This document shows, in pieces, positions 36,753 through 46,675 of a stretch of DNA of 64,000 nt (positions within the stretch are counted from its first letter, which is position 1; each line of letters opens with the position of its first letter). The stretch lies in NCBI GenBank assembly GCA_900544195.1, contig UQUJ01000001.1:45342-109341 (forward strand). Reading direction: 5' to 3'. Under the pieces are notes generated by a model that saw only the letters and a program-made list of their open reading frames with translations, searched no databases and was not told the DNA's origin. A program made the position numbers and the translations under genes. The DNA is from an uncultured Alistipes sp. GTDB taxonomy: Bacteria; Bacteroidota; Bacteroidia; Bacteroidales; UBA932.

Positions 36753-37598
36753 TTAAAAGTCTCCCAATGTTTCCTCAAGCTGGCTCAGGGCGTTCTGGCA
36801 CTGCTCCTCTGAAGGTACGCTGCCGTGCCATTTGTGGGTGCCCGCCATAAAATCAACCCCGTGTCCCATCTCTGTCTTGAACAGGATCATCTTCGGCTTG
36901 CCGTTTCCGACACCAGCCTTGGCCTGCGCGAACGCCTCGAGGATCTTGTCCATGTCGTGTCCGTCGGCGATGATGACCTCCCATCCGAAAGCCTTCCATT
37001 TTGCCTCAAGGTCACCGAGTCCGGCGACATCTTCGGTCGTGCCGTCGATCTGCTGTCCGTTCCAGTCGGTCATCGCGATCAGATTGTCGGCCTTGTGGTG
37101 GGCTGCGAACATCGCCGCCTCCCAGATCTGTCCTTCCTCGGTCTCGCCGTCTCCGCAGAGAACGTAAACGCAGTGAGGGTCGTTGTCAGCCTTCTTTGCG
37201 AGAGCCGCTCCTATCGCTACTGAAAGTCCCTGTCCGAGGGAACCGGCCGCCTGAGCCACGCCAGGGAGGCCTTTCCTTACTGAAGGGTGTCCCTGAAGGC
37301 GGCTTCCGAACTTACGGAACGAGCCGAGCTCGGAGGTCGGGAAATATCCTGCCCTCGAAAGGATTGAGTAATACATTGGGGTGAGGTGTCCGGCCGACAG
37401 GATGAACATGTCCTGATCCTTTCCACCGCGTGTCCAAGTTTCAGGGTTCTGATCCATAACATTGAAGTACAGTGCTGTCATAAAATCAGCGCTGCTCATG
37501 GAGCCGCCCGGGTGTCCGGAATTGGCCTTGACGACCATCCTGATGATGTCTCTCCTTACCTGGGAGGCAATTTTTTTCAGATCTTCTGTTGACTGCAT
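36753..37598 (-). CDS. Transketolase, N-terminal (thiamine-diphosphate-binding) subunit
   Basis: 281 aa; GHPGGSMS and GDGE.EEGQ.WEA TPP-binding motifs. Confidence 0.85.
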   Translation of the reverse strand: MQSTEDLKKIASQVRRDIIRMVVKANSGHPGGSMSSADFMTALYFNVMDQNPETWTRGGKDQDMFILSAGHLTPMYYSILSRAGYFPTSELGSFRKFGSRLQGHPSVRKGLPGVAQAAGSLGQGLSVAIGAALAKKADNDPHCVYVLCGDGETEEGQIWEAAMFAAHHKADNLIAMTDWNGQQIDGTTEDVAGLGDLEAKWKAFGWEVIIADGHDMDKILEAFAQAKAGVGNGKPKMILFKTEMGHGVDFMAGTHKWHGSVPSEEQCQNALSQLEETLGDF

Positions 37599-37767
37599 TT
37601 TCTATTTGATATTTTGAATTTGAAATATGCTAAATCGTTTGTAAGCTACAAATATAATCCTTTTTTATGTCAAGAAGAAATTTTAACTTTGTCTGTATGA
37701 GATGTCGTTTTGATTCTCTTGATCCGGAGCGGCGTCCGACAGTGAAAATTGATAATCGTTATAATTA

Positions 37768-39174
37768 ATGGCACACGTAGTTATTATGCCCAAACAAGGG
37801 CAATCCGTAGAAAGTTGCATTGTCACTGAATTCAAGAAAAAGGTGGGAGACAAAGTCGCCGTCGGCGATGTCCTTTTCAGCTATGAGACCGACAAGGCAT
37901 CCTTTGACGAGGACGCCAAGGTCGAAGGCACTGTCCTTGCCTGCTTCTTCAATGATAATGACGAGATCCCTTGCCTGACCAACGTCATGGTCATCGGCGA
38001 ACCGGGGGAATCGTTCTCTGAATATGCTCCTTCGGGGGCCGGCGCATCTGCCGCTTCGGGAGCGGAACCGACATCGCCTGCCACGGAGCCGGCAAATGCG
38101 GTCGCAGAGCCAGTGGCTCGACAAGGCTCACCAGCCATCGAAGTGACCGCGGCAGCGACACCGGGCGCTTCGGCAAGCTCGGCGACCGGAACCGTTGCCG
38201 CCAACGCCCCCGTCTCCCCAAGAGCCCGCAAATTGGCCGCCGAAAAAGGCGTGGACACCGCCCAGGTCGCCGGCACAGGCCCTCACGGCCGCATAATCGA
38301 ACGTGACATCATAGCCGCACAGGGCGCTCCGAAATCCGGACTCGCCAAGGCTATGATGGCCGACGGAGGTCTCCAGGCTCCTGCCGCAGGCTCCGGAATC
38401 GGCGGAATGGTCAAGGGCTCCGACCTCAAGGTCTGGAAACCTACCCACACCGGGAACCTTGCCGGAGAAGGCGAGGAGTTCAAGGTCGAGAAGATGTCCA
38501 ACATGCGCAAGCTCATCGCCAAGTCGATGTACAACTCCCTCCAGAACACGGCCCAGCTCACCCATATGCTCGGTGCTGACGCACGCCGTGTCCAGGCTCT
38601 CCGCAAGAAGGCGAAGAAGGCCCTTGAGGAAGGAAAGATCGACGTGAACATCACGATCAATGATTTCGTCTGCTACTCCGTCATCAAGGCTCTGAAGAAA
38701 TTCCCTAAGGTCAACTCGCACTGCCTCGGTGACGCTATGAGGATATTCAATGTCGTCAATCTTGGTTGCGCCGTTGACACGGAGCGCGGACTGATGGTGC
38801 CTTGCGTGAAGCACGCGGAGGACCTGAATATCATCGGCTTGAGCAAGGCTCTGAAGAAGGTCGCTGAGGACTGCAAGAAGGGCTCGATCAATCCCGACCT
38901 GCTTTCCGCCGAGGGTGCCTCATTCACGGTCTCCAATCTCGGAGGTTTCGGAGTCGAGTGGTTCACACCTGTCATCAACGTGCCTCAGAGCGCGATCCTC
39001 GGAGTCGGCACGATCGTCCCTCGTCCGAAGGATCTGGGCGCCGGAGTCTATGCGTTCGTCCCTTATCTCGGTCTTTCCCTGACCTACGACCACAGGGCGC
39101 TTGACGGCGGAGAGGCAACCCGCTTCCTGAAGCAGGTGGCTGTTGAGATAGAGAATCTTGAAGTTGAATTCTAA
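37768..39174 (+). CDS. 2-oxoacid dehydrogenase complex E2 (dihydrolipoamide acyltransferase)
   Basis: Lipoyl domain with the ETDKA lipoyl-lysine motif, peripheral subunit-binding domain (PRARKLAAEKGVD...GTGPHGRI), catalytic motif DHRALDG. Confidence 0.88.
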   Translation: MAHVVIMPKQGQSVESCIVTEFKKKVGDKVAVGDVLFSYETDKASFDEDAKVEGTVLACFFNDNDEIPCLTNVMVIGEPGESFSEYAPSGAGASAASGAEPTSPATEPANAVAEPVARQGSPAIEVTAAATPGASASSATGTVAANAPVSPRARKLAAEKGVDTAQVAGTGPHGRIIERDIIAAQGAPKSGLAKAMMADGGLQAPAAGSGIGGMVKGSDLKVWKPTHTGNLAGEGEEFKVEKMSNMRKLIAKSMYNSLQNTAQLTHMLGADARRVQALRKKAKKALEEGKIDVNITINDFVCYSVIKALKKFPKVNSHCLGDAMRIFNVVNLGCAVDTERGLMVPCVKHAEDLNIIGLSKALKKVAEDCKKGSINPDLLSAEGASFTVSNLGGFGVEWFTPVINVPQSAILGVGTIVPRPKDLGAGVYAFVPYLGLSLTYDHRALDGGEATRFLKQVAVEIENLEVEF

Positions 39175-40567
39175 AATATTTACGAATATGTACGATTTAG
39201 CGGTAATAGGCGGTGGCCCGGGTGGTTACGTGGCCGCTGAAAGAGCCGGAGCCGCCGGCCTTAAGGTTGTCCTTTTTGAAAGAAAATCCCTCGGAGGAGT
39301 CTGCCTCAACGAGGGCTGCATCCCGACCAAGACGCTTCTTTACAGCGCCAAGGTCTATAACTACGCCCTAACTGGTGACCACTACGGAGTCTATGTGAAG
39401 GAACCTACGTTCGACTATTCAAAGATAGTCGCCCGCAAGGACAAGGTCGTGAAGAAACTCGTGGGCGGAGTCAGACTGGCGATGAAGTCCAACAATGTCG
39501 AGGTAGTGGCCGCCGAGGCCATGATCCAGGGCCGCGATGCGGAAGGCGTCAGGATCACCGCTGCCGACCAGACCTATGCTGCCCGCAACATCCTCATCTG
39601 CACAGGTTCAGAGGCCGCAGTGCCTCCATTCCCTGGCCTGAAGGAAGCCGGTGACGTCATCGTCACCAACCGTGAGATCCTTGCGCTTAAAGAGCGTCCG
39701 GCCGAACTCGTAGTAATCGGTGGAGGTGTCATCGGAATGGAGTTCGCGGCTTTCTATAGCACTCTCGGTACGAAAGTGACTGTGGTTGAGATGCTTCCTA
39801 AGATTCTCGGACCTCTTGACGATGAGATCAGCGCCATGCTTCAGAAGATCTACACCAAGCGTGGCGTGAACTTCTGCCTCAAGTGCAAGGTTACCGGAAT
39901 CGAGGGCAACACCGTTGTCTATGAGGATCCGGAGGGTAACACTAAGAGGGTCAGCGGGGACAAGATTCTCGTCTCTGTGGGCCGCCGCGCCAACATCGGC
40001 GGATTCGGCCTTGAGAACCTCGGCGTGGAGATGCTCCTGAACCGTGGTGGAAAGCCTTGCGGAATCAAGGTGGACAGCAAGATGCGCACGAATATTCCGG
40101 GAGTCTATGCCGCAGGTGATGTCACCGGCTTCTCTATGCTTGCACACACGGCCAGCCGTGAGGGCGAGGTCGCGGTCAACAATATTCTTGGAAAGGAAGA
40201 CCACATGCGCTACGACGCCATCCCTGGAATCGTCTACACCAATCCTGAGGTCGCCGGAGTCGGGCTCACCGAAGAGCAGGCCGCGGCTTCCGGGAAGGAA
40301 TATTCAGTCGTCAAGCTCCCTATGGCCTACGCCGGCCGCTTCGTCGCCGAGAACGAGGGCGGCGAGGGAATATGCAAGATCATCGTCGGCAAGAAGTACC
40401 ACGAGGTGCTGGGCGTGCACATGCTCGGCAACCCTTGCTCGGAGATCATCCACAGCGCCTGCATCGCCATCGAGTCGGAGATGACCCTTGAGCAGCTCAA
40501 GGAGGTTGTGTTCCCTCACCCGACCGTTTCCGAGATCATCAAGGAGACAGCGTTCGCGTTGAAATAA
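39158..40567 (+). CDS. lpdA: Dihydrolipoyl dehydrogenase (E3)
   Basis: FAD motif DLAVIGGGPGGY, redox disulfide GGVCLNEGCIPTK, C-terminal dimerisation domain; overlaps the E2 stop by 17 nt. Confidence 0.9.
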   Translation: MKLNSKIFTNMYDLAVIGGGPGGYVAAERAGAAGLKVVLFERKSLGGVCLNEGCIPTKTLLYSAKVYNYALTGDHYGVYVKEPTFDYSKIVARKDKVVKKLVGGVRLAMKSNNVEVVAAEAMIQGRDAEGVRITAADQTYAARNILICTGSEAAVPPFPGLKEAGDVIVTNREILALKERPAELVVIGGGVIGMEFAAFYSTLGTKVTVVEMLPKILGPLDDEISAMLQKIYTKRGVNFCLKCKVTGIEGNTVVYEDPEGNTKRVSGDKILVSVGRRANIGGFGLENLGVEMLLNRGGKPCGIKVDSKMRTNIPGVYAAGDVTGFSMLAHTASREGEVAVNNILGKEDHMRYDAIPGIVYTNPEVAGVGLTEEQAAASGKEYSVVKLPMAYAGRFVAENEGGEGICKIIVGKKYHEVLGVHMLGNPCSEIIHSACIAIESEMTLEQLKEVVFPHPTVSEIIKETAFALK

Positions 40568-40610
40568 AAGGATTTGCTGGTAAACGTAATGACCACAAAT
40601 TGTCGCTAAG

Positions 40611-40721
40611 TGAAATGTAAAAAATAACCTGCATCACTTTAAATTTGCAATATATTGATGTTAAAGGTGATTCTATGTATTCAATTTTATCGATTGATGC
40701 AACTTATTTTTTCAACATCAC
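40611..40721. repeat. 111-bp inverted repeat, arm A (partner 43431-43541, ~90% identity, 45-bp core 100%)
   Basis: The reverse complement of this segment aligns end to end with 43431-43541. The two arms bracket the E1 gene plus one element-P copy. Confidence 0.85.
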
Positions 40722-40759
40722 TAAAAAGAATGACGAAAAACAATTAAGAATATACTGAT

Positions 40760-43243
40760 ATGCCAAAAGCGCTTTACATCGATCCTAACGAGACCCTGCG
40801 TCCGAAGGATCACGAGCTTGAGCTTCCGAAGATTCCTGTGATGAAGTACAACAAGACCGTCAAGGAAGAACTTAAGGAAGGCAATTTCACAAAGGAGGAT
40901 CTTCTCCGCATCTACCGCGACATGTCCTACATCCGTGAGTTCGAGACCATGCTCAATCTGGTCAAGACCACCGGTGGCTACAACGGAGTCGCTTACAATA
41001 ACCCGGGTCCGGCCCATCTTTCAGCCGGCCAGGAGGCCGCCGCTGTCGGTATGGCCTATTGTCTTGACACCGATGACTTCATCTTCGGTTCGCATCGTTC
41101 CCACGGTGAGATTCTCGCCAAGGGCCTGCGTTCCATCCAGATCCTTCCGGAGGATGAGCTGAAGAAGGTCATGGAGGAGTTCTGGGGCGGCTCAACGCTT
41201 AACGTGGCCAGGAAGGCTTACGACGGGGCCGACACCAAGGAACTCGGAATCCGCTTCCTGCTCTACGGAGCGATGGCCGAGATCTTCGCCCGCACGACCG
41301 GTTTCAACAAGGGTCTGGGCGGGTCTATGCACACGTTCTTCACTCCTTTCGGAATATACCCGAACAACGCCATCGTGGGCGGTTCCGGCTCGATCGCCGT
41401 GGGCGCGGCTCTCTATAAGAAGGTCAACCGCAAGAAGGGCATCGTTGTCGCCAACCTCGGTGACGGCGCCATGGCCAGAGGACCGGTCCTCGAAGGCATG
41501 ACATTCGCCTCGATGGATCAGTTCAACACCCTCTGGGAAGGCGACATGAAGGGCGGGCTGCCAGTCCTGTTCAACGTGATGGACAACCAGTACGCCATGG
41601 GTGGCCAGACGAAGGGTGAGACGATGGGTTATGTGTTCCCTGCACGCCTGGGAGCCGGCTTCAAGGCCGACGCCATGGATGCCGAAAGAGTTGACGGTTA
41701 CAATCCTCTCGCGGTCATCGACGCTTTCAACCGCAAGAAAGCCTACCTTCTTGAGAAGAAGGGTCCTGCTCTTCTGGACGTTGTCACCTACCGTTACAGC
41801 GGACACTCTCCGAGCGACCAGTCGTCTTACCGTACAAAGGAGGAGATCGAGGCCTGGGAGAAGGAAGATTGCATCTTGGCGTTCGGTGAGAGACTGAAAG
41901 AGGCCGGGGTGGCTGATCAGGCCGCTCTCGACGCTATCCGCAAGGAAGTTGACGCCAACATATTCGAATGCTACAAGCTTGCCATCGACACCGAACTTTC
42001 CCCTCGCATGGATCTCGTGAAGGAAAGTGAGCTCCTTGGTGATATGATGTTCTCCAACCAGAGCATCGACTCCCTCAGCGACGCGAAACCGGATGTGAAT
42101 ATGCCGCTGGAGGAGAATCCTCGCGTCAAGCAGATTGCCGGCAAGTCCAGGTTCTATCTTGACAAGGACGGCAAGCCTGCCAGCAAGATGAAGACCTACA
42201 ACATCAGGGACGGAATATTCGAGGCCGTCGCCGACCGCTTCTACAAGGATGCTTCTCTGGTCGCTTACGGTGAGGAGAACCGTGAGTGGGGTGGCGCTTT
42301 CGCTGTCTATAGAGGACTGACCGAGGCTCTGCCTTACCATCGCCTGTTCAATTCTCCGATCGCCGAGGCCGCGATCATCGGGACAGCCATCGGTTACGCT
42401 ATGTGTGGCGGCCGTGTGATCCCTGAGATCATGTACTGCGACTTCCTCGGCTGCTGCGGAGACGAGATATTCAATCAGCTTCCTAAATGGCAGGCCATGT
42501 CAGGCAACATCCTGAAGATGCCGGTTGTGGTCCGTGTGTCCGTCGGCTCGAAGTACGGTGCCCAGCACTCTCAGGACTGGACTTCGCTGTGCTGCCATAT
42601 TCCTGGACTCAAGGTCTGCTTCCCTGTCACTCCGTATGATGCGAAGGGGTTGATGAATGCCGCGCTTCAGGGTACCGACCCTGTCATATTCTTTGAGAGT
42701 CAGAGAATCTACGACAAGGGTGAGATGTTCCACGAAGGTGGTGTGCCTGAGGAATATTATGAGATTCCGATCGGTGAGCCGGATGTCAAGAGAGCCGGTA
42801 AGGACATCACCATCCTTACTATCGGCGCCACTTTGTACCGCTCTCTTGAGGCCGCTGATATTCTTAAGGAAAAGTATGGTATGGAGGCTGAGGTCATCGA
42901 TGCCCGCTCTCTCGTGCCGTTCAACTACGAGAAGGTGCTTGCGTCCGTGAAGAAGACCGGCCGCATCGTCATCGCCGGCGACGCCTGCGCCCGTGGCTCC
43001 TACCTCAATGACATCGCCGCCAACATCACCGAGATGGCCTTTGACGACCTCGACGCCGCTCCTGTGGTGCTTGGTTCCCGCAACTGGATCACCCCTTGCC
43101 ACGAGCTTGAGGAGGCGTTCTTCCCTCAGCCGTCCTGGTTCCTGGATGCCATCAACGAGAAGATCGTCCCTCTGAAGGACTATGTTCCGGTAAGCAACCA
43201 GACCACCGCTGAGCAGGTCATCCGCGCCAAGAAGGGTGTGTAA
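40760..43243 (+). CDS. 2-oxoacid dehydrogenase E1 component, fused alpha-beta subunits (TPP-dependent)
   Basis: 827 aa; alpha-type TPP-binding region (GDGA...G...E, N-terminal half) followed by a beta-type transketolase-like Pyr and C-terminal domains. Confidence 0.82.
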   Translation: MPKALYIDPNETLRPKDHELELPKIPVMKYNKTVKEELKEGNFTKEDLLRIYRDMSYIREFETMLNLVKTTGGYNGVAYNNPGPAHLSAGQEAAAVGMAYCLDTDDFIFGSHRSHGEILAKGLRSIQILPEDELKKVMEEFWGGSTLNVARKAYDGADTKELGIRFLLYGAMAEIFARTTGFNKGLGGSMHTFFTPFGIYPNNAIVGGSGSIAVGAALYKKVNRKKGIVVANLGDGAMARGPVLEGMTFASMDQFNTLWEGDMKGGLPVLFNVMDNQYAMGGQTKGETMGYVFPARLGAGFKADAMDAERVDGYNPLAVIDAFNRKKAYLLEKKGPALLDVVTYRYSGHSPSDQSSYRTKEEIEAWEKEDCILAFGERLKEAGVADQAALDAIRKEVDANIFECYKLAIDTELSPRMDLVKESELLGDMMFSNQSIDSLSDAKPDVNMPLEENPRVKQIAGKSRFYLDKDGKPASKMKTYNIRDGIFEAVADRFYKDASLVAYGEENREWGGAFAVYRGLTEALPYHRLFNSPIAEAAIIGTAIGYAMCGGRVIPEIMYCDFLGCCGDEIFNQLPKWQAMSGNILKMPVVVRVSVGSKYGAQHSQDWTSLCCHIPGLKVCFPVTPYDAKGLMNAALQGTDPVIFFESQRIYDKGEMFHEGGVPEEYYEIPIGEPDVKRAGKDITILTIGATLYRSLEAADILKEKYGMEAEVIDARSLVPFNYEKVLASVKKTGRIVIAGDACARGSYLNDIAANITEMAFDDLDAAPVVLGSRNWITPCHELEEAFFPQPSWFLDAINEKIVPLKDYVPVSNQTTAEQVIRAKKGV

Positions 43244-43256
43244 CCGCTTTTGAACC

Positions 43257-43355
43257 ATGAGTCCACTTGAAAAAGTCTTTTTTTTGAAAAATATGTGCCA
43301 CACAGGTACTTCCAACGGGGGTAAAAAGTGGCGAATGGTACTTTTTCAAGTGGAC
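43257..43355. repeat. Palindromic MITE-like element P, complete copy (reverse complement of 23364-23462)
   Basis: Direct sequence identity. Confidence 0.85.
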
Positions 43356-43430
43356 TCAACCATTTATGGCGAAGGGGATTTAGGGGGTAGTGTAACGTGA
43401 AGGGAAAGTATTGAGCCTCGCAGCCGTATA

Positions 43431-43541
43431 GTAATGTTGAAAAAATAAGTTGCACCAATCAATATAATTGAACACATAGAACCACCCTGAACATCAATAT
43501 ATTGCAAATTTAAAGTGATGCAGGTTATTTTTTATATTTCA
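43431..43541. repeat. 111-bp inverted repeat, arm B
   Basis: See 40611-40721; this arm carries a TAnnTTTC -7-like box 35 bp upstream of the next gene. Confidence 0.85.
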
Positions 43542-43574
43542 CATAATGGTTATTCAAGGTAATGATTATTCGCT

Positions 43575-44855
43575 ATGTATACTAAAGCCGTTAGATTATA
43601 TGGTAAGGAAGACCTTCGTCTCGAGGAGTTCGAGCTCCCCGAGATGAAGGATGATGAAATTCTCGCGAAGGTTGTCAGCGACAGCCTCTGCATGTCTTCC
43701 TACAAGTCTTCACATCAGGCCTCCGACCACAAGAGGGTACCGGATGACATCGCCGAGAATCCGACGATCATCGGCCACGAGTTCGCCGGAGAGATCATAG
43801 AGGTCGGCGCCAAGTGGAAGGATCAGTTCAAGCCGGGTGACAAGTTCTCCATCCAGCCTGCCCTCAACTACGAGGACGGCCCTGTCGGAGCCCTTTCCGC
43901 CCCTGGCTATTCCTACAGATTCATCGGTGGCGACGCCACCTACATCATCATCCCTTCCGAGGTGATGGAGATGGGGTGTCTGCTCCCTTACAAGGGTCCG
44001 GGCTTCTATCCAGCTTCCCTTAGCGAGCCTCTGTCCTGCGTCATCGGCGCGATGCACGCTTGCTATCACACCCATCCTGGTTCATACGTGCACCAAATGG
44101 AAATCAAGGACGGTGGCAAGATGGCTCTTCTGGCCGGTGTCGGCCCGATGGGACTTGCGATGATCAACTATGTGCTCCGCCGTGAGGACAGAAGGCCGTC
44201 CCTTTTCGTTGTGACGGACATTGATCAGACCCGTCTTGACCGTGCCGCGATGCTCTACACCAAGGAGTTCGCCGCTTCCCGTGGCATCGATCTCCGCTAT
44301 GTGAACACCGGCACTGTCGAGAATCCTGTCGATCTGTTGCGTGAGATTTCCGGCGGAACCGGCTACGATGAGGTCATCGTGATGGCTCCGGTTCCCGCGG
44401 TTGTCGAGCAGGGAGACGACATCCTCGGACAGGATGGCTGCCTGAATTTCTTCTCCGGCCCTGGCCGCTCCGATTTCAAGGCTCCGTTCAACTTCTACAA
44501 TGTCCACTACGCTTCCACCCACGTGGTAGGCACCAGCGGCGGCAACACCGAGGACATGAAAGAAGCCCTCAGGATGATGGGCGAAGGCCTCGACCCCGCC
44601 GGTCTTGTGACCCACATCGGCGGCCTGAACGTCGTCCCTGAGACCACACTGAACCTCCCGTCGATCAAAGGCGGCAAGAAGCTCATCTACACCCACGTGG
44701 AGATGCCTCTGACCGCCATCACCGATTTCGGGGAGAAAGGCAAGACCAACCCTGTCTATGCCGAGCTCGACCGCCTCTGCAAAGCCCATAACGGCCTCTG
44801 GAATCTGGAAGCCGAGGAATACCTCCTCGCCCACGCCACCGAGCTGAGCAAGTAG
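43575..44855 (+). CDS. Zinc-dependent alcohol dehydrogenase (MDR superfamily), long-form
   Basis: 426 aa; catalytic-Zn ligand region (C..SS.K...HEFAGEI) and Rossmann GxGxxG (GVGPMG). Confidence 0.75.
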   Translation: MYTKAVRLYGKEDLRLEEFELPEMKDDEILAKVVSDSLCMSSYKSSHQASDHKRVPDDIAENPTIIGHEFAGEIIEVGAKWKDQFKPGDKFSIQPALNYEDGPVGALSAPGYSYRFIGGDATYIIIPSEVMEMGCLLPYKGPGFYPASLSEPLSCVIGAMHACYHTHPGSYVHQMEIKDGGKMALLAGVGPMGLAMINYVLRREDRRPSLFVVTDIDQTRLDRAAMLYTKEFAASRGIDLRYVNTGTVENPVDLLREISGGTGYDEVIVMAPVPAVVEQGDDILGQDGCLNFFSGPGRSDFKAPFNFYNVHYASTHVVGTSGGNTEDMKEALRMMGEGLDPAGLVTHIGGLNVVPETTLNLPSIKGGKKLIYTHVEMPLTAITDFGEKGKTNPVYAELDRLCKAHNGLWNLEAEEYLLAHATELSK

Positions 44856-44890
44856 TGTGCTCATCATAGGGTGTGCCCCACAAAAGAATT

Positions 44891-44946
44891 TCCCCTTCCC
44901 GAGTTTTTCACGTTACAAAAATTACGGGAAGGGGATATTCTTTTCT
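44891..44946 (+). terminator. Terminator-like hairpin (11-bp stem TCCCCTTCCCG / CGGGAAGGGGA, loop containing TTCACGTTAC) followed by T-rich run
   Basis: Located 36 bp after the ADH stop; the loop shares CACGTTAC with the two long hairpins. Confidence 0.5.
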
Positions 44947-44980
44947 GGCTGCTGTTATGAACGGTATTGTGGTTTGATCT

Positions 44981-45002
44981 GGTCGCTGAGCTTGTCGAAG
45001 CG
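44981..45002. repeat. 22-nt dispersed motif GGTCGCTGAGCTTGTCGAAGCG (copy 3 of 4)
   Basis: See 26419-26440. Confidence 0.7.
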
Positions 45003-45085
45003 CCCGCCGAACCGTCCGGGACCGTTTGTATTGTTTCATGTCGCTATTATCGTGTGGTAATAAGCTACAAGCGAACGAGTCTGAT

Positions 45086-45158
45086 GACAGCGGAAAAAAG
45101 GCAAAGTGAAAATTTTGCGCGTTACCAAAATTTTCACTTTGTCTTTTTTTCCGCTGTC
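45086..45158. repeat. Long hairpin (31-bp stem) with loop GCGCGTTACC; structural twin of 26470-26539
   Basis: GACAGCGGAAAAAAGGCAAAGTGAAAATTTT pairs with AAAATTTTCACTTTGTCTTTTTTTCCGCTGTC. Confidence 0.75.
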
Positions 45159-45970
45159 AAGTGGCTTTACTACCGCTTCATCTCGGAATGGTAGATCTTT
45201 TGATTGTTTATTTGATCTATAACTAATTGGTTGGTAGTTAATTACTTTGTAATTTGCGATTTTGTAAAATATACTTTATGAATTTGTAAAACACGATTTA
45301 TAAATGACAATATTCAAAAGGCCAGTTCTCTGCTTCATCACTTGCTTCTGGCTGCGGTGTTCGGCGACACTTTAAGCCTTTTTCGTTGCCGATAAGTCAA
45401 CTTATACCAGTAATAATCTATAAATCCGAGTCAACCTAAATCAGGAAAGTACAGAAGGGTGTCAAATGGTGCCCTTAAGCGACATTTCAAGCCCTTTTTG
45501 TCGCCAAAGGAATCCTCAAACTCAATGAAAGAGACTCTGACAAATTCACCGAACTCAAAAATATCTGGTAAAACTTGCACCATGATATTCATCTGACCAT
45601 TGCCGAGACAATCTTGCTGAAGGGACTGCGTTAAACTACTGATAAATAAAGTCTTACCCGTCACTGGTTCTGTATGAGCGAGTGGTGGGCAAGTTATTAA
45701 TAGTGTGCGACATGCGCATCCATCTTCAGCAGTAATCAACCATAGGGAAGAGTCTTGTTTGCTGAAAGTCAACTCATTACATTTGCTGGTCTGCCAAAGA
45801 GCCAAATACTACGTTTTGTTCGTGAACGCTATTGGTGACAATCACTTAGACGGACTTGGCGATCTGGAAGTTCTGTGGCCAAGGTTCTGGATCAGTTATT
45901 GGAAAGTCATTTGTCCGGGGAAACACATGTATCGCCGGACAAACCGGCAGCGAAATGAGTTTTGTCCGGT

Positions 45971-46098
45971 GAGGGTGAGACTGTCTTAAAAGTAAAAGAA
46001 CCCCCAGTGAGGATTGAGAATTCGTTGTCGCCCCTGTATAGGGGTACAGACTTTTCTACTCTCGCCGAGACTTTTAAGACAGTCTGGGGAGGGGATTT
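45971..46098. repeat. MITE-like repeat family A, copy 3 (inverted orientation)
   Basis: Reverse complement of 517-643 with a few substitutions. Confidence 0.8.
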
Positions 46099-46104
46099 AC
46101 CGGA

Positions 46105-46565
46105 CAAAATGATACTGAATGAGAGAACTTAGGTTGGCCGGGGGTGGCGTGTTTGAGGCACGTGAGGAATATTGTTATTTTACAAATCGCTTTCAGAGTA
46201 ATGTGCCACAGAACAGTGTAGAATGACGATAAGCCTGAAAAAGTCGTGCGATCGGGGGTGAGATATTCATGGCATAGTTGCCTGTGGACGGTTCTGTGGA
46301 CGATCGGCCTGAAGGTGTTTTGCAAAATGAGAGGGATAACTTAGGTTGGCCTGAAGGTGGCGTGTCTGAGGCACGTGAGGAATTCTGTTATTTTACAAAT
46401 CGCTTTCATGGTAATGTGCCATAGAACAGTGTAGAATGACGATAAGCCTGAAAAAGTCGTGCGATCGGGGGTGGGATATTCATGACAAAGTGGCCTGTGG
46501 ACGGTTCTGTGGACGATCGGCCTGAAGGTGTTTTGCAAAATGTAAGGGATAACTCAGGGTTGGCA
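46105..46565. repeat. 212-bp tandem repeat, 2 full copies plus a third-copy stub (~96% identity)
   Basis: Unit AACTTAGGTTGGCC...GGCACGTGAGGAAT...TTTGCAAAATG. Unit starts are at 46127, 46339 and a third-copy stub begins at 46551. The ORFs 46074-46325 and 46341-46538 are merely translations of the two copies. Confidence 0.85.
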
Positions 46566-46675
46566 ACGGCTATATTGGGAGCAGGCCACGGTGTAGAGTC
46601 TCTGCTGACACTCTGAATGAAAAACGACTGACCGGAAACGGTCAGCCGTTGTAATATTCATAGAAAAAGAATTCG

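Noticed and set aside
45431-45805. ORF 45431-45805 (124 aa, minus strand) as a real gene inside the non-coding island
   Set aside because: It has no recognisable motifs, is Cys/Leu-rich with odd composition, spans two of the short shared-loop hairpins, and has no promoter or terminator logic. Confidence that it is non-coding is only moderate.
46074-46538. ORFs 46074-46325 and 46341-46538 (near-identical 65-83 aa proteins) as duplicated small genes
   Set aside because: They are simply the translation of the two copies of the 212-bp tandem repeat. They have no start context, no family features and a biased composition.
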